A stretch of DNA of 64,000 bases. It comes from Acidobacteriota bacterium (GTDB lineage Bacteria; Acidobacteriota; UBA6911; RPQK01; JAJDTT01). The notes under the pieces are model-generated. The model ran no database searches, had not been told where the DNA came from, and saw nothing but the letters and a program-made list of their open reading frames with translations. Every line of letters begins with the position of its first letter. Position 1 is the stretch's first letter. A program made the position numbers and the translations under genes. Below are positions 40,803-51,038 of the stretch, piece by piece. Location: positions 2,016,001 to 2,080,000 of the forward strand of contig CBDCJH010000002.1 of the NCBI GenBank assembly GCA_965217775.1. Direction: 5' to 3'.

Positions 40803-41991
40803 ACGGGTCCTCCTCCGCATCTGGGCGGGGGGGCTTGGTGGTGGCCGGCTCGATGAATTGGGCAATGATGAGAACGATCGCCGCCACCACAGATCCGATC
40901 TGGAAGATGAGAGCGTACCCAAAACGGTCCCACAGGAATCCGCCGACGAGCGGCAGGGTCACCGCCGCCACGTGGTTCAGGGTCACGCCGAGTGAGATGG
41001 TCGGGCGCAGGTCGGCGGTGCGGGCGATTCTGTTCAGATAGGTGCTCAAGGATACGGACGCCAGAAACAGGAGACGGTCCACGCAATAGAGGGCATAGAG
41101 CACCCACTTGTTCTGAATGAAGGAATAACCCCAGAAGATGAGGATCAACATCGCGTAGGCGGCACTGAGAATCTTGCGCTCTCCCAAACGGTCGATCAGG
41201 CGCCCGACCAGGGGCGCCGCCAGGACCGCCAGCAGGGTGTTGACGAACATGAGGATGATGATGTGCTCCGTGGTCGCGCCGTGGACGAAGACCATGGAGA
41301 AGACGGCGAAAATGACGAAGATCTGGCGCCGGCACCCTTGGAAGAAGGTCAGGAGATAATAGGTGAGGTACTCACGGCGGAAGACGAACCGGTCCTCGGA
41401 GGTGGCGGCCGCAGGGACCCGGACCGGAAACATCGCGAATCCTCCCAGGATCACCGCCAAACCGGCCGCCAGGAAGATCCAGCGGAAACCCACGAATCCG
41501 ATGAACCCGAAGGTCAGGGCCATGGCCAGCAGGAAGCCGAACTCGTCGATGCTTCGGAGTTGCCCCAGGCGCCTCCCTTTGTGGGCGTCCGACAGGGTCA
41601 GGGCCAGGGTCTCCCGCTGCGGAAGCCAGCCGTGAAAGCCCACGCTCCAAACCAGAGAGGCCAGGATCAGGCCGCCGACGGTGTGGACGCCGAAGTAGGC
41701 GCCGACGCCAATGCCCGTCAAGATGAGCAGAAACCCCGCCAGACGAGCCGCCGGGAACCGGATGGAGACGGCAATCAACGCCACCGTCAGGAGGCCGGGA
41801 ATTTCCCGGATCGACTCCAAGACGCCGAATTGTCGGGGCTGGATCCCGATCTCTTCGACGATGAAGTTGTTGAAGGTGGTCATGTAGACCGCGAACCCGG
41901 CGCTCAAGAGTCCGGAGGAAAGAGCCAGCAGTTTTAAGTCCCGGCTCCATCCCCTCAGGTCAGACGTGATTTTTTGCTGATTTTCCGCCAC
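40768..41991 (-). CDS. MFS transporter
   Basis: About 12 TM segments, ESIREIPG, GRLIDRLGER. Confidence 0.85.
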   Translation of the reverse strand: MAENQQKITSDLRGWSRDLKLLALSSGLLSAGFAVYMTTFNNFIVEEIGIQPRQFGVLESIREIPGLLTVALIAVSIRFPAARLAGFLLILTGIGVGAYFGVHTVGGLILASLVWSVGFHGWLPQRETLALTLSDAHKGRRLGQLRSIDEFGFLLAMALTFGFIGFVGFRWIFLAAGLAVILGGFAMFPVRVPAAATSEDRFVFRREYLTYYLLTFFQGCRRQIFVIFAVFSMVFVHGATTEHIIILMFVNTLLAVLAAPLVGRLIDRLGERKILSAAYAMLILIFWGYSFIQNKWVLYALYCVDRLLFLASVSLSTYLNRIARTADLRPTISLGVTLNHVAAVTLPLVGGFLWDRFGYALIFQIGSVVAAIVLIIAQFIEPATTKPPRPDAEEDPFRTAQVDDHPR

Positions 41992-42119
41992 GGGTTGATC
42001 GGTCGCACCCGTATACGCGTTGAACCCGAGACTGTCAATTTAACCGCAGCAAATTGCGAACCGTTTCGGCGGCGGTTTGCGGACTCTCCCCCGGGACCGG
42101 AAGTGCTATAGTGTGGCCC

Positions 42120-43313
42120 ATGCCAAACGCCCGGCGTGAATTCCTGAAGGGCCTGACCGCGACCGTGAATCCGGTTCGGGATCCGTTCGGAGAGATTCTG
42201 GAAGCGGCCCGATCCGACGGATCGGAAGCGGCTTTCGGGTCCCTGATCTCGAACCTCAAGGCGGAGAAGAAATATCCGCTTCTGTTCGAGGCCAGGCTCA
42301 TGCAGAAACGCCACCAACTGCGGCTTCCGTTGATCCTGACCGAGCCGGCTGCGGGACTCGATCCCGAGACCCAGGGGAAATACGAGCAAGCCACCATCGC
42401 CGCCGCCCGGGAGGTAGGAAAACACTTCCTGGCCGACGGAGACATCATCGCTTCCTGGCCCTACTTCCGGGCCATCGGCGAGAACGGCTCCATTGCCGGG
42501 GCGATCGAGGCCATCCCCTCCGATGAAGCAGAGGACGCGGTCATCGAGATTGCCTTCTACGAGGGAGCGAATCCCAGCAAGGGATTCGAGATGATCCTGT
42601 CCCGATACGGAATCTGCCGAGCCATCACCTCATTCTCCCAGTTCCCGAGTGCGGACGGACAGGAGGAGTCGGGACGGCTTCTGGTGCGGACGCTTCACTC
42701 GGAACTGTTGGCCAACTTGAAGAGCAGCGTTCGGCGCCGGGAGGGGACGGCTCCGGCCACCGCAAGCATCAGCGAGTTGATCGCCGGCCGGGACTGGCTC
42801 TTCGAGGGCAACACCTACTACATCGATACGTCCCACGTCAGTTCCGTGGTCCAACTGAGTCCCCGGTTGGAAGATCGACACTCTCTGAATCTGGCTCTGG
42901 AACTCACCGACTACGGCCGCTGCCTGTCGGAGATGTTCCAGTATCCCGGCGAGCCTCCTTTCGAAGACCTCTATACGGACCACTCCTTCTACCTGAAGGC
43001 TATTCTGGGCCGTGAGGTCTCAGAGGGCGTGGCGCATTTCCGGAAGAAGCTGGGCGGATCCGACTCGGATCCGGATGGGACCGCCGCAGCCCAGGTCCTG
43101 GTGCGTCTCCTGGAGAGGATCGAACGCTACGACGAGGCCATCGAGGTCTCTGTGGAGTATTTGAAGGATTTTCCAGCCCACGAGCTGAAGTGCTCGTCGG
43201 CCCCCCAACTCTGCCAGATTGCCGGAGACTTCGACCGCCTCCGCAACGTGTCCCGGGACCAAGGGGACCTGCTGAGCTTCACCGCATCGGTGCTCTACGA
43301 CTCCAATAGCTGA
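42120..43313 (+). CDS. Conserved-looking alpha-helical hypothetical protein
   Basis: Long ORF with host-like codon usage; YYIDTSHVSSVVQ; no family recognised. Confidence 0.65.
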   Translation: MPNARREFLKGLTATVNPVRDPFGEILEAARSDGSEAAFGSLISNLKAEKKYPLLFEARLMQKRHQLRLPLILTEPAAGLDPETQGKYEQATIAAAREVGKHFLADGDIIASWPYFRAIGENGSIAGAIEAIPSDEAEDAVIEIAFYEGANPSKGFEMILSRYGICRAITSFSQFPSADGQEESGRLLVRTLHSELLANLKSSVRRREGTAPATASISELIAGRDWLFEGNTYYIDTSHVSSVVQLSPRLEDRHSLNLALELTDYGRCLSEMFQYPGEPPFEDLYTDHSFYLKAILGREVSEGVAHFRKKLGGSDSDPDGTAAAQVLVRLLERIERYDEAIEVSVEYLKDFPAHELKCSSAPQLCQIAGDFDRLRNVSRDQGDLLSFTASVLYDSNS

Positions 43314-43377
43314 GTCCGGTCCCGGCGCCCACGGGAAACGCCGCCACGGGACGCCGAGTACTCGCGCACGCCAGGTG

Positions 43378-44226
43378 TCAACTGGCTGCGACGACTTTGT
43401 TCTTGAGTACTCCGACCCCGTCGATTTCCACGGTGACCTCGTCTCCAGGCTGCATGCCCTTGGTGGTCCCCGGGGTCCCCGTGAAAATCAGATCGCCCGG
43501 TTCCAGCGTCACGTACTTGCTGATGAAGCTGACCGACTCGGCGATTCCATGGATCATGTCGGAGATTTTGGCTTCCTGGAGAACCTCCCCGTTGACCTTG
43601 AGCACCATGTTCAGGTTGCTGTAGTCCACCCCCGAGAGGATGTAGGGTCCGGTGGGGCTGAACGTATCGGCGGCCTTGGCGCGCCACCATTGAACGTCGT
43701 TTCTCTGCCAGGTTCGGGCGCTGATGTCGTTTCCGCAGGTGATGCCCAGGACATGGTCCAGAGCCGCCTCCACCGACACGTTCCGGGCTTGCTTGCCGAT
43801 GACGATGACCACCTCGGCCTCGTAATGCACCGGATCCGTATCGGCCGGCTGGACGACCTCTCCTCCGTGGGCCAGCAACGAGGAGGGAAGCTTGATGAAG
43901 GGCTCCGGATAGGGGTTCGGCTCCGAATCCCCGATGTGGGACTTGTAGTTCCCGGCCAGGGCCAGAACCTTGGAGGGGTTCTTGCTGGGGACCAGAATGG
44001 TGACGTCCGACAGCGCGTGGGTGGTTTCGGTCTTTTCCCATTCGCCGTAAAGGTCCCCACTCAGTTGCCGGACCTGATCCCCCTCCAGGATGCCGTAGGC
44101 TTCCTGGCCGTCCATGCTGAACCGCAGATACCGGGTTCCTTGATCCTTGTGGCTCGAAGCCTGGCAGGCCTGGGTGAGTCCCAACCCCGCCATCAACAGG
44201 AATACGCTTGTCCGTCGCAACATCAT
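43378..44226 (-). CDS. Fumarylacetoacetate hydrolase family lipoprotein
   Basis: HYEAE, GNDISAR, FTGTPG; signal peptide ending TQAC. Confidence 0.88.
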   Translation of the reverse strand: MMLRRTSVFLLMAGLGLTQACQASSHKDQGTRYLRFSMDGQEAYGILEGDQVRQLSGDLYGEWEKTETTHALSDVTILVPSKNPSKVLALAGNYKSHIGDSEPNPYPEPFIKLPSSLLAHGGEVVQPADTDPVHYEAEVVIVIGKQARNVSVEAALDHVLGITCGNDISARTWQRNDVQWWRAKAADTFSPTGPYILSGVDYSNLNMVLKVNGEVLQEAKISDMIHGIAESVSFISKYVTLEPGDLIFTGTPGTTKGMQPGDEVTVEIDGVGVLKNKVVAAS

Positions 44227-44400
44227 TCAGATCCTCCAAAACGTTGATGACTATTCGGGAAGGGCGCCAGCATATAGCGGCCTTTCCGGCCGTGTCAACG
44301 GGCGGACGGCTACCCTGAATGGCGGTTTCGCGGATGTGAAAACCAGGAATTCCGGAGACCGGAGTCGAGGCGGATACTGCGCCGACGACTCCCCAGTCTC

Positions 44401-46050
44401 TCAGGCACGCCGGCCCACGACGTGAATCAGGATGAGGATGACTGTCGCGCCCACGGCCATCCCGACCCAGAGGTCGGCTCCCCAGGCTCCCACCAGGGCA
44501 TAGCCGGCCAGGGCGGCCACCACGGCCCCGAGAAGAGCATAGGGAATCTGGGTGCGCACGTGCTCCAGATGTTCGCACCCGCTGCAGATGGAAGAGAGGA
44601 CGGTGGTGTCGGAGATGGGGCTGCAGTGGTCGCCGAAGATGGCGCCGTCCAGGACGGCCGCCATGGCCAGGATCATCACCGGCTCGCCGCCCGATTCGTA
44701 TCCCAACTGGGCGGCCGTGGGGATGATGATGGCCATGGTCCCATAGCTGGTCCCGGTGGCGAAGGCCACCAATCCGGCGGTGACGAACACCGCCAGCGGA
44801 ACCCACTCGACGCTCACACCCTGCCGCAGCACGGCGACGGCGTAGTGCGCCGTCTCCAAGTCCCGGCATCCGGCCGAAAGGGCCCAGGCGCAGACGATCA
44901 CCACCAGAGCCCCCGAGATATGCCGGACACCCCCCAACCAGGCCAGAAGCCCCTCCCGCACCGTCATCACGCCCTGCAGGGCCGGCAGCAGGATCGCCAG
45001 AGCGGCTCCGGTGACGCCCGCGTAGAGCATGGCGAATGTGAGGGCCTCGCCGTCCTGGGCCGCGGCGGCCCGGATGAACACATCCTTCCATCCCGACAGG
45101 GAAGCCAGGTCGACACCTGGATCCCGGCTTCCCCAATAGTAGATCTGGATCATGATCAAGAGCAGCACCGTGCCGATGGGCACCACGGCGTTGTACCAGC
45201 GCGGCTGGATCGTCGACGACGCCTCCGGGCCCTGAAGGCCGGACGGCTCCGCGGACCGGCGCACCCGTCTCTCCACCTTCAACATGGGCCCGAAGTCGCG
45301 GCCGGTGGCCGCCACCACCACCACCAGGAACAGGGCGAAGACGCAATAGAACCGGTAGCCCATCGCCGAGAGGAAGAGCCCGTATCCACTGGCGTCCAAT
45401 CCCAGGTCCCGCGCCGCACCTTGCAGATAGGAGACCTCGGTCCCGATCCAGGTCGAGATCAGTGCCAGACCGGCGATGGGAGCAGCCGTCGAGTCGATGA
45501 GGTAAGCCAGCTTGGCACGGGACAGCTTGAGTCTATCGAACAGCGGCCGGACCGTAGGCCCGACGATCGCCGTGTTGGCGTAGTCGTCGAAGAAGATCGA
45601 GAACCCCATGCCCACGGTCGCCACCGATACCCCACGGCGTCCCCGCGCCAACCGCAGGATGAGGTTGATCATTCCATGGAGTCCCCCGCTGGCAGTGGTG
45701 ACGCTGACCAGGCCGAGCAGTGACGCCGTGAATCCCAGTATGGAGAGATGGAAGGAGTCCAGCACCGAATCCCAGAAGTAGTTCACGATCAGCGACTCGG
45801 CCATGCCGGCCGGCGAAGGCCAGGCATGAATCACTGCGGCGCTGGCGATGCCGAAGACAAGCGAAGGGACCAGCCAGCGGGTGATCAGAACCGAGACGAT
45901 GGCCACCAGCGGCGGGAGCAGGGCCAGCCAGGTCACGTCCACTTGCCGGGTGGACAGGTAGTCCCGGTCTACGGGCAGAAACGACAGGGCAAGGGCGATG
46001 ACCAACGCGATCGGAGCAACGATCAGAAGTCTCTTCTGCATGTCGTTCAT
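44401..46050 (-). CDS. NhaC-family Na+/H+ antiporter-like transporter
   Basis: IFFDDYAN, DSTAAP, TGTSYGT, FGDHCSPISDTT, HVRTQIPY. Confidence 0.88.
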   Translation of the reverse strand: MNDMQKRLLIVAPIALVIALALSFLPVDRDYLSTRQVDVTWLALLPPLVAIVSVLITRWLVPSLVFGIASAAVIHAWPSPAGMAESLIVNYFWDSVLDSFHLSILGFTASLLGLVSVTTASGGLHGMINLILRLARGRRGVSVATVGMGFSIFFDDYANTAIVGPTVRPLFDRLKLSRAKLAYLIDSTAAPIAGLALISTWIGTEVSYLQGAARDLGLDASGYGLFLSAMGYRFYCVFALFLVVVVAATGRDFGPMLKVERRVRRSAEPSGLQGPEASSTIQPRWYNAVVPIGTVLLLIMIQIYYWGSRDPGVDLASLSGWKDVFIRAAAAQDGEALTFAMLYAGVTGAALAILLPALQGVMTVREGLLAWLGGVRHISGALVVIVCAWALSAGCRDLETAHYAVAVLRQGVSVEWVPLAVFVTAGLVAFATGTSYGTMAIIIPTAAQLGYESGGEPVMILAMAAVLDGAIFGDHCSPISDTTVLSSICSGCEHLEHVRTQIPYALLGAVVAALAGYALVGAWGADLWVGMAVGATVILILIHVVGRRA

Positions 46051-46223
46051 GAGTCTCGCCGATTTCCCTTCCCGGCGCTCCACCAGAGATCCGGCCAAGC
46101 CCTTCCGGCCCTGCGACAGGTTACTCCCGCGCCATGACGCTCGGTGCTTCCGTCTCTCGTCTCTCGGCGTGAGGAAATCGGTCGCGGCGGTGCACCGGAC
46201 CGGCTGGTAGAATCGCCAACCAA

Positions 46224-47345
46224 ATGCAGTTTACCAGCGGCGAGTTGACGGCAGAACGGAAGAGAGCTCGTCTGGCGCGCTACCGGCGGGTCCGTGGGCG
46301 AGCTGCCCGATGGCTCCTGGACCAGATGAATCCCGACGGGTCCATCGGCGACGTGAGCGAGGGATATTTCTTCTACCGCGGCCCCTGGACCTTCTCCCTG
46401 GTGGGGGAGACCGAGGCGGCAAGCCGCCTCTGCGGTTGGATTAGAAGACATATGCTCCAGCCGGACGGCCGCATCGGCGGACCCTTCCGGAAGCTCAACG
46501 ACGCCTGGGCCTACCGGGACTCGGCTCTGATCGTGGGCGCTCAGATGGCGGGGCAATACGACCTCTCCCATGGTCTCATGCCGGCACTCCTGCGTTGGCA
46601 GGACCCGGCTTCAGGCGCCTTCGCCAACGACCGCCGCGAGGACGGGTCCAGGAGCGACGATCAGAGCATCCCCTACACCGCCGGGGGCGGCTTCGCGTGC
46701 CTGGCAACGGGAAATCTGGAGGCGGCGCGGTCGGTGGCGAGCTTCCTGCGAAGGATCTACGAGGCCCAGGACGAACTTCCGGACCGCTTCTACTACGACT
46801 GGTCCCGCGCCCGCCAAGCGCCCAACCGGGAATTTCCCCCGGATCGAGCCTTCTGGTTCGTGGTCGAGAATCGCGTCGCACGGCTCCAACGCTGGACCGT
46901 GGGGGGAATCGCCGCCGGGTTCCTCTGCCGCCTGTTTCTGGCCGACCGCGATCCGGACTACCTGGAGTTGGCGCGCCGGTACCAGGACTTCTCCATGGCC
47001 GCCACCGACGGCCAGTTCCGCTACGATCCGGTCTGCAAGAGCGGCTGGGGAAGTTCGTTGCTCTACCTCATCACCGGAGATCCCCGCTATGAGGCCTGGA
47101 CCTACCGCATGGGTGACTGGTTCGTCCGGCAACAGCACCGGGACGGCTACTGGCCCCCCACCGACGGCGAGTCCACGCCAGGACGCCTGATCCACAATGC
47201 CCTGGAATTCACCATGCACGTGGACACCATCATCTCCGGCCTCTCCTCCCGTGGAGGGGGGACATCCCTGTCCCCCTCTTCAGCGCAGCGTGGCACCGCC
47301 ATCCACCGGGATAACCACACCGGTGAGGAAATCCGCTTCCGGTGA
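46224..47345 (+). CDS. Hypothetical alpha/alpha-barrel protein with QW-like repeats
   Basis: WLLDQMNPDGS, LLRWQDPASGAF, WFVRQQHRDGYW. Confidence 0.55.
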   Translation: MQFTSGELTAERKRARLARYRRVRGRAARWLLDQMNPDGSIGDVSEGYFFYRGPWTFSLVGETEAASRLCGWIRRHMLQPDGRIGGPFRKLNDAWAYRDSALIVGAQMAGQYDLSHGLMPALLRWQDPASGAFANDRREDGSRSDDQSIPYTAGGGFACLATGNLEAARSVASFLRRIYEAQDELPDRFYYDWSRARQAPNREFPPDRAFWFVVENRVARLQRWTVGGIAAGFLCRLFLADRDPDYLELARRYQDFSMAATDGQFRYDPVCKSGWGSSLLYLITGDPRYEAWTYRMGDWFVRQQHRDGYWPPTDGESTPGRLIHNALEFTMHVDTIISGLSSRGGGTSLSPSSAQRGTAIHRDNHTGEEIRFR

Positions 47346-48014
47346 GGCCAGGAAAAGAACCGAGGCGGCGACGTCTTCCACCGTCGCCAATCGCCGCAGC
47401 GGAATCTGACCCAGGATCTTCTCCCGCATGCCGGGACGATCCAGCGTCTGCGCCGCGAGTTCGGTTTCCACGAAGGTGGGCGCGACGGCGTTGACGGTGA
47501 TGCCGTGCCGGGCCCATTCGAGAGCCAGCACGCGGGTCAACATGATCATGCCCGCCTTGCTGGAGCCGTAGGCCGCTCTTTCCTCACGGGCCACCAGCCC
47601 GGCCGCCGAGGCCACGTTGACGATGGTCCCCCGGCGCCGCGGGATCATCCGCCGCCCCACCTCCTGCGTCAGAAAGAAGGCCCCCTTGAGGTTGGCATCC
47701 AGAATCTCGTCCCACTGCTCCTCGGTCACCTGCTCGGCCGGCCGGGGGATGTTGACGCCGGCATTGTTGACCAGCACCTGAATGGGGCCTAGCTCCGCTT
47801 CCACGTAATCGACGACCGCCGGCATATCCTCCAGTCGCCGCACATCCAACGCCAAGGGCAGGGCCTGAGCCCCGAGGGCCTCGACTCTGCGGCAGGTCTC
47901 CTGTAGCGACGTCCGTCTCCGTGCCGTCAGCGCCAGGCGGGCTCCCGGGACCGCGAACCCTTCCGCCAATCCGACCCCGATCCCCCGGCTGGCTCCGGTG
48001 ATCAGAACTACCAT
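47280..48014 (-). CDS. Short-chain dehydrogenase/reductase
   Basis: TGASRGIG, NNAG, YGSSK; AAGGAG RBS. Confidence 0.92.
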   Translation of the reverse strand: MVVLITGASRGIGVGLAEGFAVPGARLALTARRRTSLQETCRRVEALGAQALPLALDVRRLEDMPAVVDYVEAELGPIQVLVNNAGVNIPRPAEQVTEEQWDEILDANLKGAFFLTQEVGRRMIPRRRGTIVNVASAAGLVAREERAAYGSSKAGMIMLTRVLALEWARHGITVNAVAPTFVETELAAQTLDRPGMREKILGQIPLRRLATVEDVAASVLFLASPEADFLTGVVIPVDGGATLR

Positions 48015-48033
48015 TTCGTTCGCACTCCTTCTT

Positions 48034-49302
48034 TCAACCACACCACCGGATCACCAGCCGGGAGAGCACGCGGGCGGCCTCCAGGACCGACTCCAGTTCC
48101 ACGTACTCGTCCGGCGCATGGAGATTTCCGCCTCGCGGGCCGTAGTAGATGGATTGCTCTCCCAGCTCGGCCTTGAAGTAACGGGCGTCGGCGGTGCCGG
48201 GAAAGGCATCCCGCTCCAGGTCCTTGCCAGTGACGCCGCGGTGACACTCTTCCAACAGGTCGACCAGACTGGAAGAGCCAGTCACGGGAGACGCGACCCA
48301 ACCTCGAGCCCGGAAACCGTTATAGCGGATCGTGGGCGGATTCCGGACCAGCCAGGAATCGTCCGCCGCCGCCCGGCGGACCTGCTCCTCGGCAAAGTTC
48401 CGGGCTCGTTCCGGCGGCCAGTCGATGGGAAACGACATGCGGCAACTGAACCGGCATTCGAGCGCCACGTTGGAAGGCCAGTCCCCTCCTTCGATCTGCC
48501 CGACGTTGAGGTTCATGGGCCGGGGCCGGTGATCGTACGCCGGATGCCGGAAATCCCGATTCAGAGCCTCGACGACCGCCGGCTTGAGGCGGTGAATGAG
48601 AGACGCCGCCTTCTCGACCGCGTTCACCTGGCGTCCCGGTTCTCCCACGTAGGCCGGCCGGCCCCGGACGCAGACTTCGAACCAGAGCACGCCCAGCGTG
48701 GCGGTCCAGACCTGGAGCCCGGTGGGCTCGGTCAGCACGGCGCCGTCAACCCTCCCCGAATCCAGCCGGCTCGCCAGCATTCCGTTACCCGTGCACTCCT
48801 CCTCGATGACGCTCTCCACCCGGACCGGCCCCCGTAGCCGGGCGCCCGACTCCCGGACCGCCGCCACCGCCAGCAGGGCCGCCACCAGTCCGCTCTTCAT
48901 GTCCAGGGCGCCGCGCCCGTACATCCGGCCTTCCCGAACCTCCGCTCCCCAGGGATCGAAGCTCCACCAGTGCAGGGGTCCGAGAGGCACCACGTCCACG
49001 TGCCCGTTCAGGACGAGGCTCCGTCCACCGGAGACGACGGGCGACAGAACACCCGCCACATTGGGCCGGCCTGCATAGTCCCGCTCCACGGGCACGAAAT
49101 CGGGGTCCGACTCCATGGCTGCGGGATCCGGATCCCACTTCCGGGTCTCCAGACCCAGGTCCAGGAGGCGCCGGTAGATCAGCTCCTGGCCCTCCGCCTC
49201 CTGACCCAGGAGCGTGGGACAACGGACCAGATCCGCCAGAAACCGCAGGTATTCCTGGCCCAGGGCTTCAACTGCGTCGACGGCACGATCCTCAGGAGTC
49301 AT
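48034..49302 (-). CDS. ArgE/DapE-family deacylase (M20)
   Basis: NGHVDVVP, GRGALDMKSG, IEEECTGNG, HAPDE. Confidence 0.88.
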   Translation of the reverse strand: MTPEDRAVDAVEALGQEYLRFLADLVRCPTLLGQEAEGQELIYRRLLDLGLETRKWDPDPAAMESDPDFVPVERDYAGRPNVAGVLSPVVSGGRSLVLNGHVDVVPLGPLHWWSFDPWGAEVREGRMYGRGALDMKSGLVAALLAVAAVRESGARLRGPVRVESVIEEECTGNGMLASRLDSGRVDGAVLTEPTGLQVWTATLGVLWFEVCVRGRPAYVGEPGRQVNAVEKAASLIHRLKPAVVEALNRDFRHPAYDHRPRPMNLNVGQIEGGDWPSNVALECRFSCRMSFPIDWPPERARNFAEEQVRRAAADDSWLVRNPPTIRYNGFRARGWVASPVTGSSSLVDLLEECHRGVTGKDLERDAFPGTADARYFKAELGEQSIYYGPRGGNLHAPDEYVELESVLEAARVLSRLVIRWCG

Positions 49303-49317
49303 CCCTCGGGACCTCCC

Positions 49318-50853
49318 TCACTCGAACCAGAAAGAATAGAGATGGGCGTCCCTGAGGTGGAAGCGGAAGCGGACTTTCTGGCCACTGAGGGACTCCAGAC
49401 TGTCTTTTCCCTCCCAGTGCATCCGCACTTTCATCTGATCCGTGGTCAGTGGTCTGGAAGCGTGGCGGGTCCAACCGTCCAGAACCTTACGGCCCCCCGG
49501 GTTCCTGACTTCCACCCGAATTTCGCCCCGGGAGGCGTCCGCATTGACCCAGAGCTGGGTCCCGCCGAAGCGCAGGGTTCCGGTCTCGACGAACCCTCCC
49601 TTTTCGTCGGCCCAGAAGGAGACGAAACCGTCCCGGCGAAGGCGTGCCAGATGGATACCGCCCTGATAGGCGCCCCGGGCCGGGTAGCGGACATCCAGAC
49701 CGCTGTAATAGAACCAGAGCTCGTCCCCCTTGACGATGGGCCGCGACGCCGGCAGGACCTGAGCGGTGTCGATCCTTCCCTCACCCAGCCGGGAAACGGG
49801 CAGAAACGACTCGCGGGAGCCCACCTTCACCCAGTTGAGCAGGTCGCGGCTGGTGGCCAGCTTGGCCGAATTGACGCCGTCCTGGTTGTTGTGGTGGGGA
49901 GGAGTGATCCCGCTGGACTCGAAGTAGTTGGGCAGACCGATGTAGACGCCCTCGTAGGGGAAGATGGGCATCTTGTAGATCTCGGCGTTGTAGTTCTCCG
50001 GCTGATTGAATTGGGGGGTGTAGAGCCGGGGATCGACCAGGTGCTCCCGGATGCGCTGCTCCCCCAACTTCTGATCCAGAGCGTCGGCATGGAAAATGAG
50101 CTGGGGATCGGTCCATTGCTCGAAATCCCGGCTCAGGGAGAGGTAGACCGACCGGCCGAAAGGCCCCCGATGCTTGACGGTCAAAATGTATTGCCGGCCC
50201 AACTCGTCGTAGGTCAGTTGGGAGGTATCCTGGCTCGGTATGGGCGGAACCTCCAGTATCGTGAACTCGTAGCCGTCGGCGGAGACGACCGGCCGGCGGT
50301 CCCGCGGTCCCAGGACCCCCTTGTAGCGGCGCTCTCCGGTCCCTTGCGGATCCAGGATGACATGCTGGACGAGGGCGTCCGGCTCTCCCCGAACCGCCAC
50401 CAGATTGTTCTCCCGGGAGCCCCGGAACTCCTTGACCCCCAACACCGGCTTTTCCCAGACGATTCCCTCCCGAGAGCTGGCGAACGCGGTTTTCCCCGGA
50501 CCTCCGTGGTACCACATTTTCCAGACCTTCTCGCCGGGGTCCCAAGATGGGGCGCTGGTGACCTGGATCATCCGGCTCTCTACCGGAGTCGTCCCAGGAG
50601 CGGCGTATCGGCCCGGCTGGATCTCCCAGGGCCGGTCCGCCCGGACCACCGGACTTCCTTCGTACCGGTGAGGCTGGTGAACCCGGCGCTGGACCCGGTA
50701 GAGCGACCCCAGAAGAAAGTCGTCCAGGAAGAGCTGGCGGACTCCCGGAGTGAGCACCAGGTCGCCCGGACGCTGACCGGCTCCGTTCCCTGAAAACAAG
50801 GAAAGAACGATCCATCCCCCGACCCACAATGTGCGCATTCTCACCATCGGCAT
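49318..50853 (-). CDS. Secreted glycoside-hydrolase-like protein (paralogue of 8065-9561)
   Basis: RQLFLDD, SREGIVWEKP, LRRDGFVS, AHLYSFWF. Confidence 0.6.
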   Translation of the reverse strand: MPMVRMRTLWVGGWIVLSLFSGNGAGQRPGDLVLTPGVRQLFLDDFLLGSLYRVQRRVHQPHRYEGSPVVRADRPWEIQPGRYAAPGTTPVESRMIQVTSAPSWDPGEKVWKMWYHGGPGKTAFASSREGIVWEKPVLGVKEFRGSRENNLVAVRGEPDALVQHVILDPQGTGERRYKGVLGPRDRRPVVSADGYEFTILEVPPIPSQDTSQLTYDELGRQYILTVKHRGPFGRSVYLSLSRDFEQWTDPQLIFHADALDQKLGEQRIREHLVDPRLYTPQFNQPENYNAEIYKMPIFPYEGVYIGLPNYFESSGITPPHHNNQDGVNSAKLATSRDLLNWVKVGSRESFLPVSRLGEGRIDTAQVLPASRPIVKGDELWFYYSGLDVRYPARGAYQGGIHLARLRRDGFVSFWADEKGGFVETGTLRFGGTQLWVNADASRGEIRVEVRNPGGRKVLDGWTRHASRPLTTDQMKVRMHWEGKDSLESLSGQKVRFRFHLRDAHLYSFWFE

Positions 50854-50910
50854 CTCCCCAAGTGACTGTCCCCTCAACTCGCCACTCGATCGGCATCTCC
50901 CCAAGTGACT
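50846..50910. repeat. 22-bp direct repeat with 43-bp period
   Basis: ATCGGCATCTCCCCAAGTGACT at 50846 and 50889. Confidence 0.8.
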
Positions 50911-51038
50911 CACCCCTGAAATCGGCCCCTATCATGAAGCGACATGCTTGGGCGGGCAACCGTGGTGCAGAGCGATCGCGGCTGTGGTTCAATATCTGAA
51001 CAGGCAGCAACACCGAACAAGGTCATGAGAGGTCCAAA

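Noticed and set aside
50846-50910. Possible mini-CRISPR array
   Set aside because: Only two repeats with a 21-bp gap, flanking similarity extends like a tandem duplication, and there are no cas genes.
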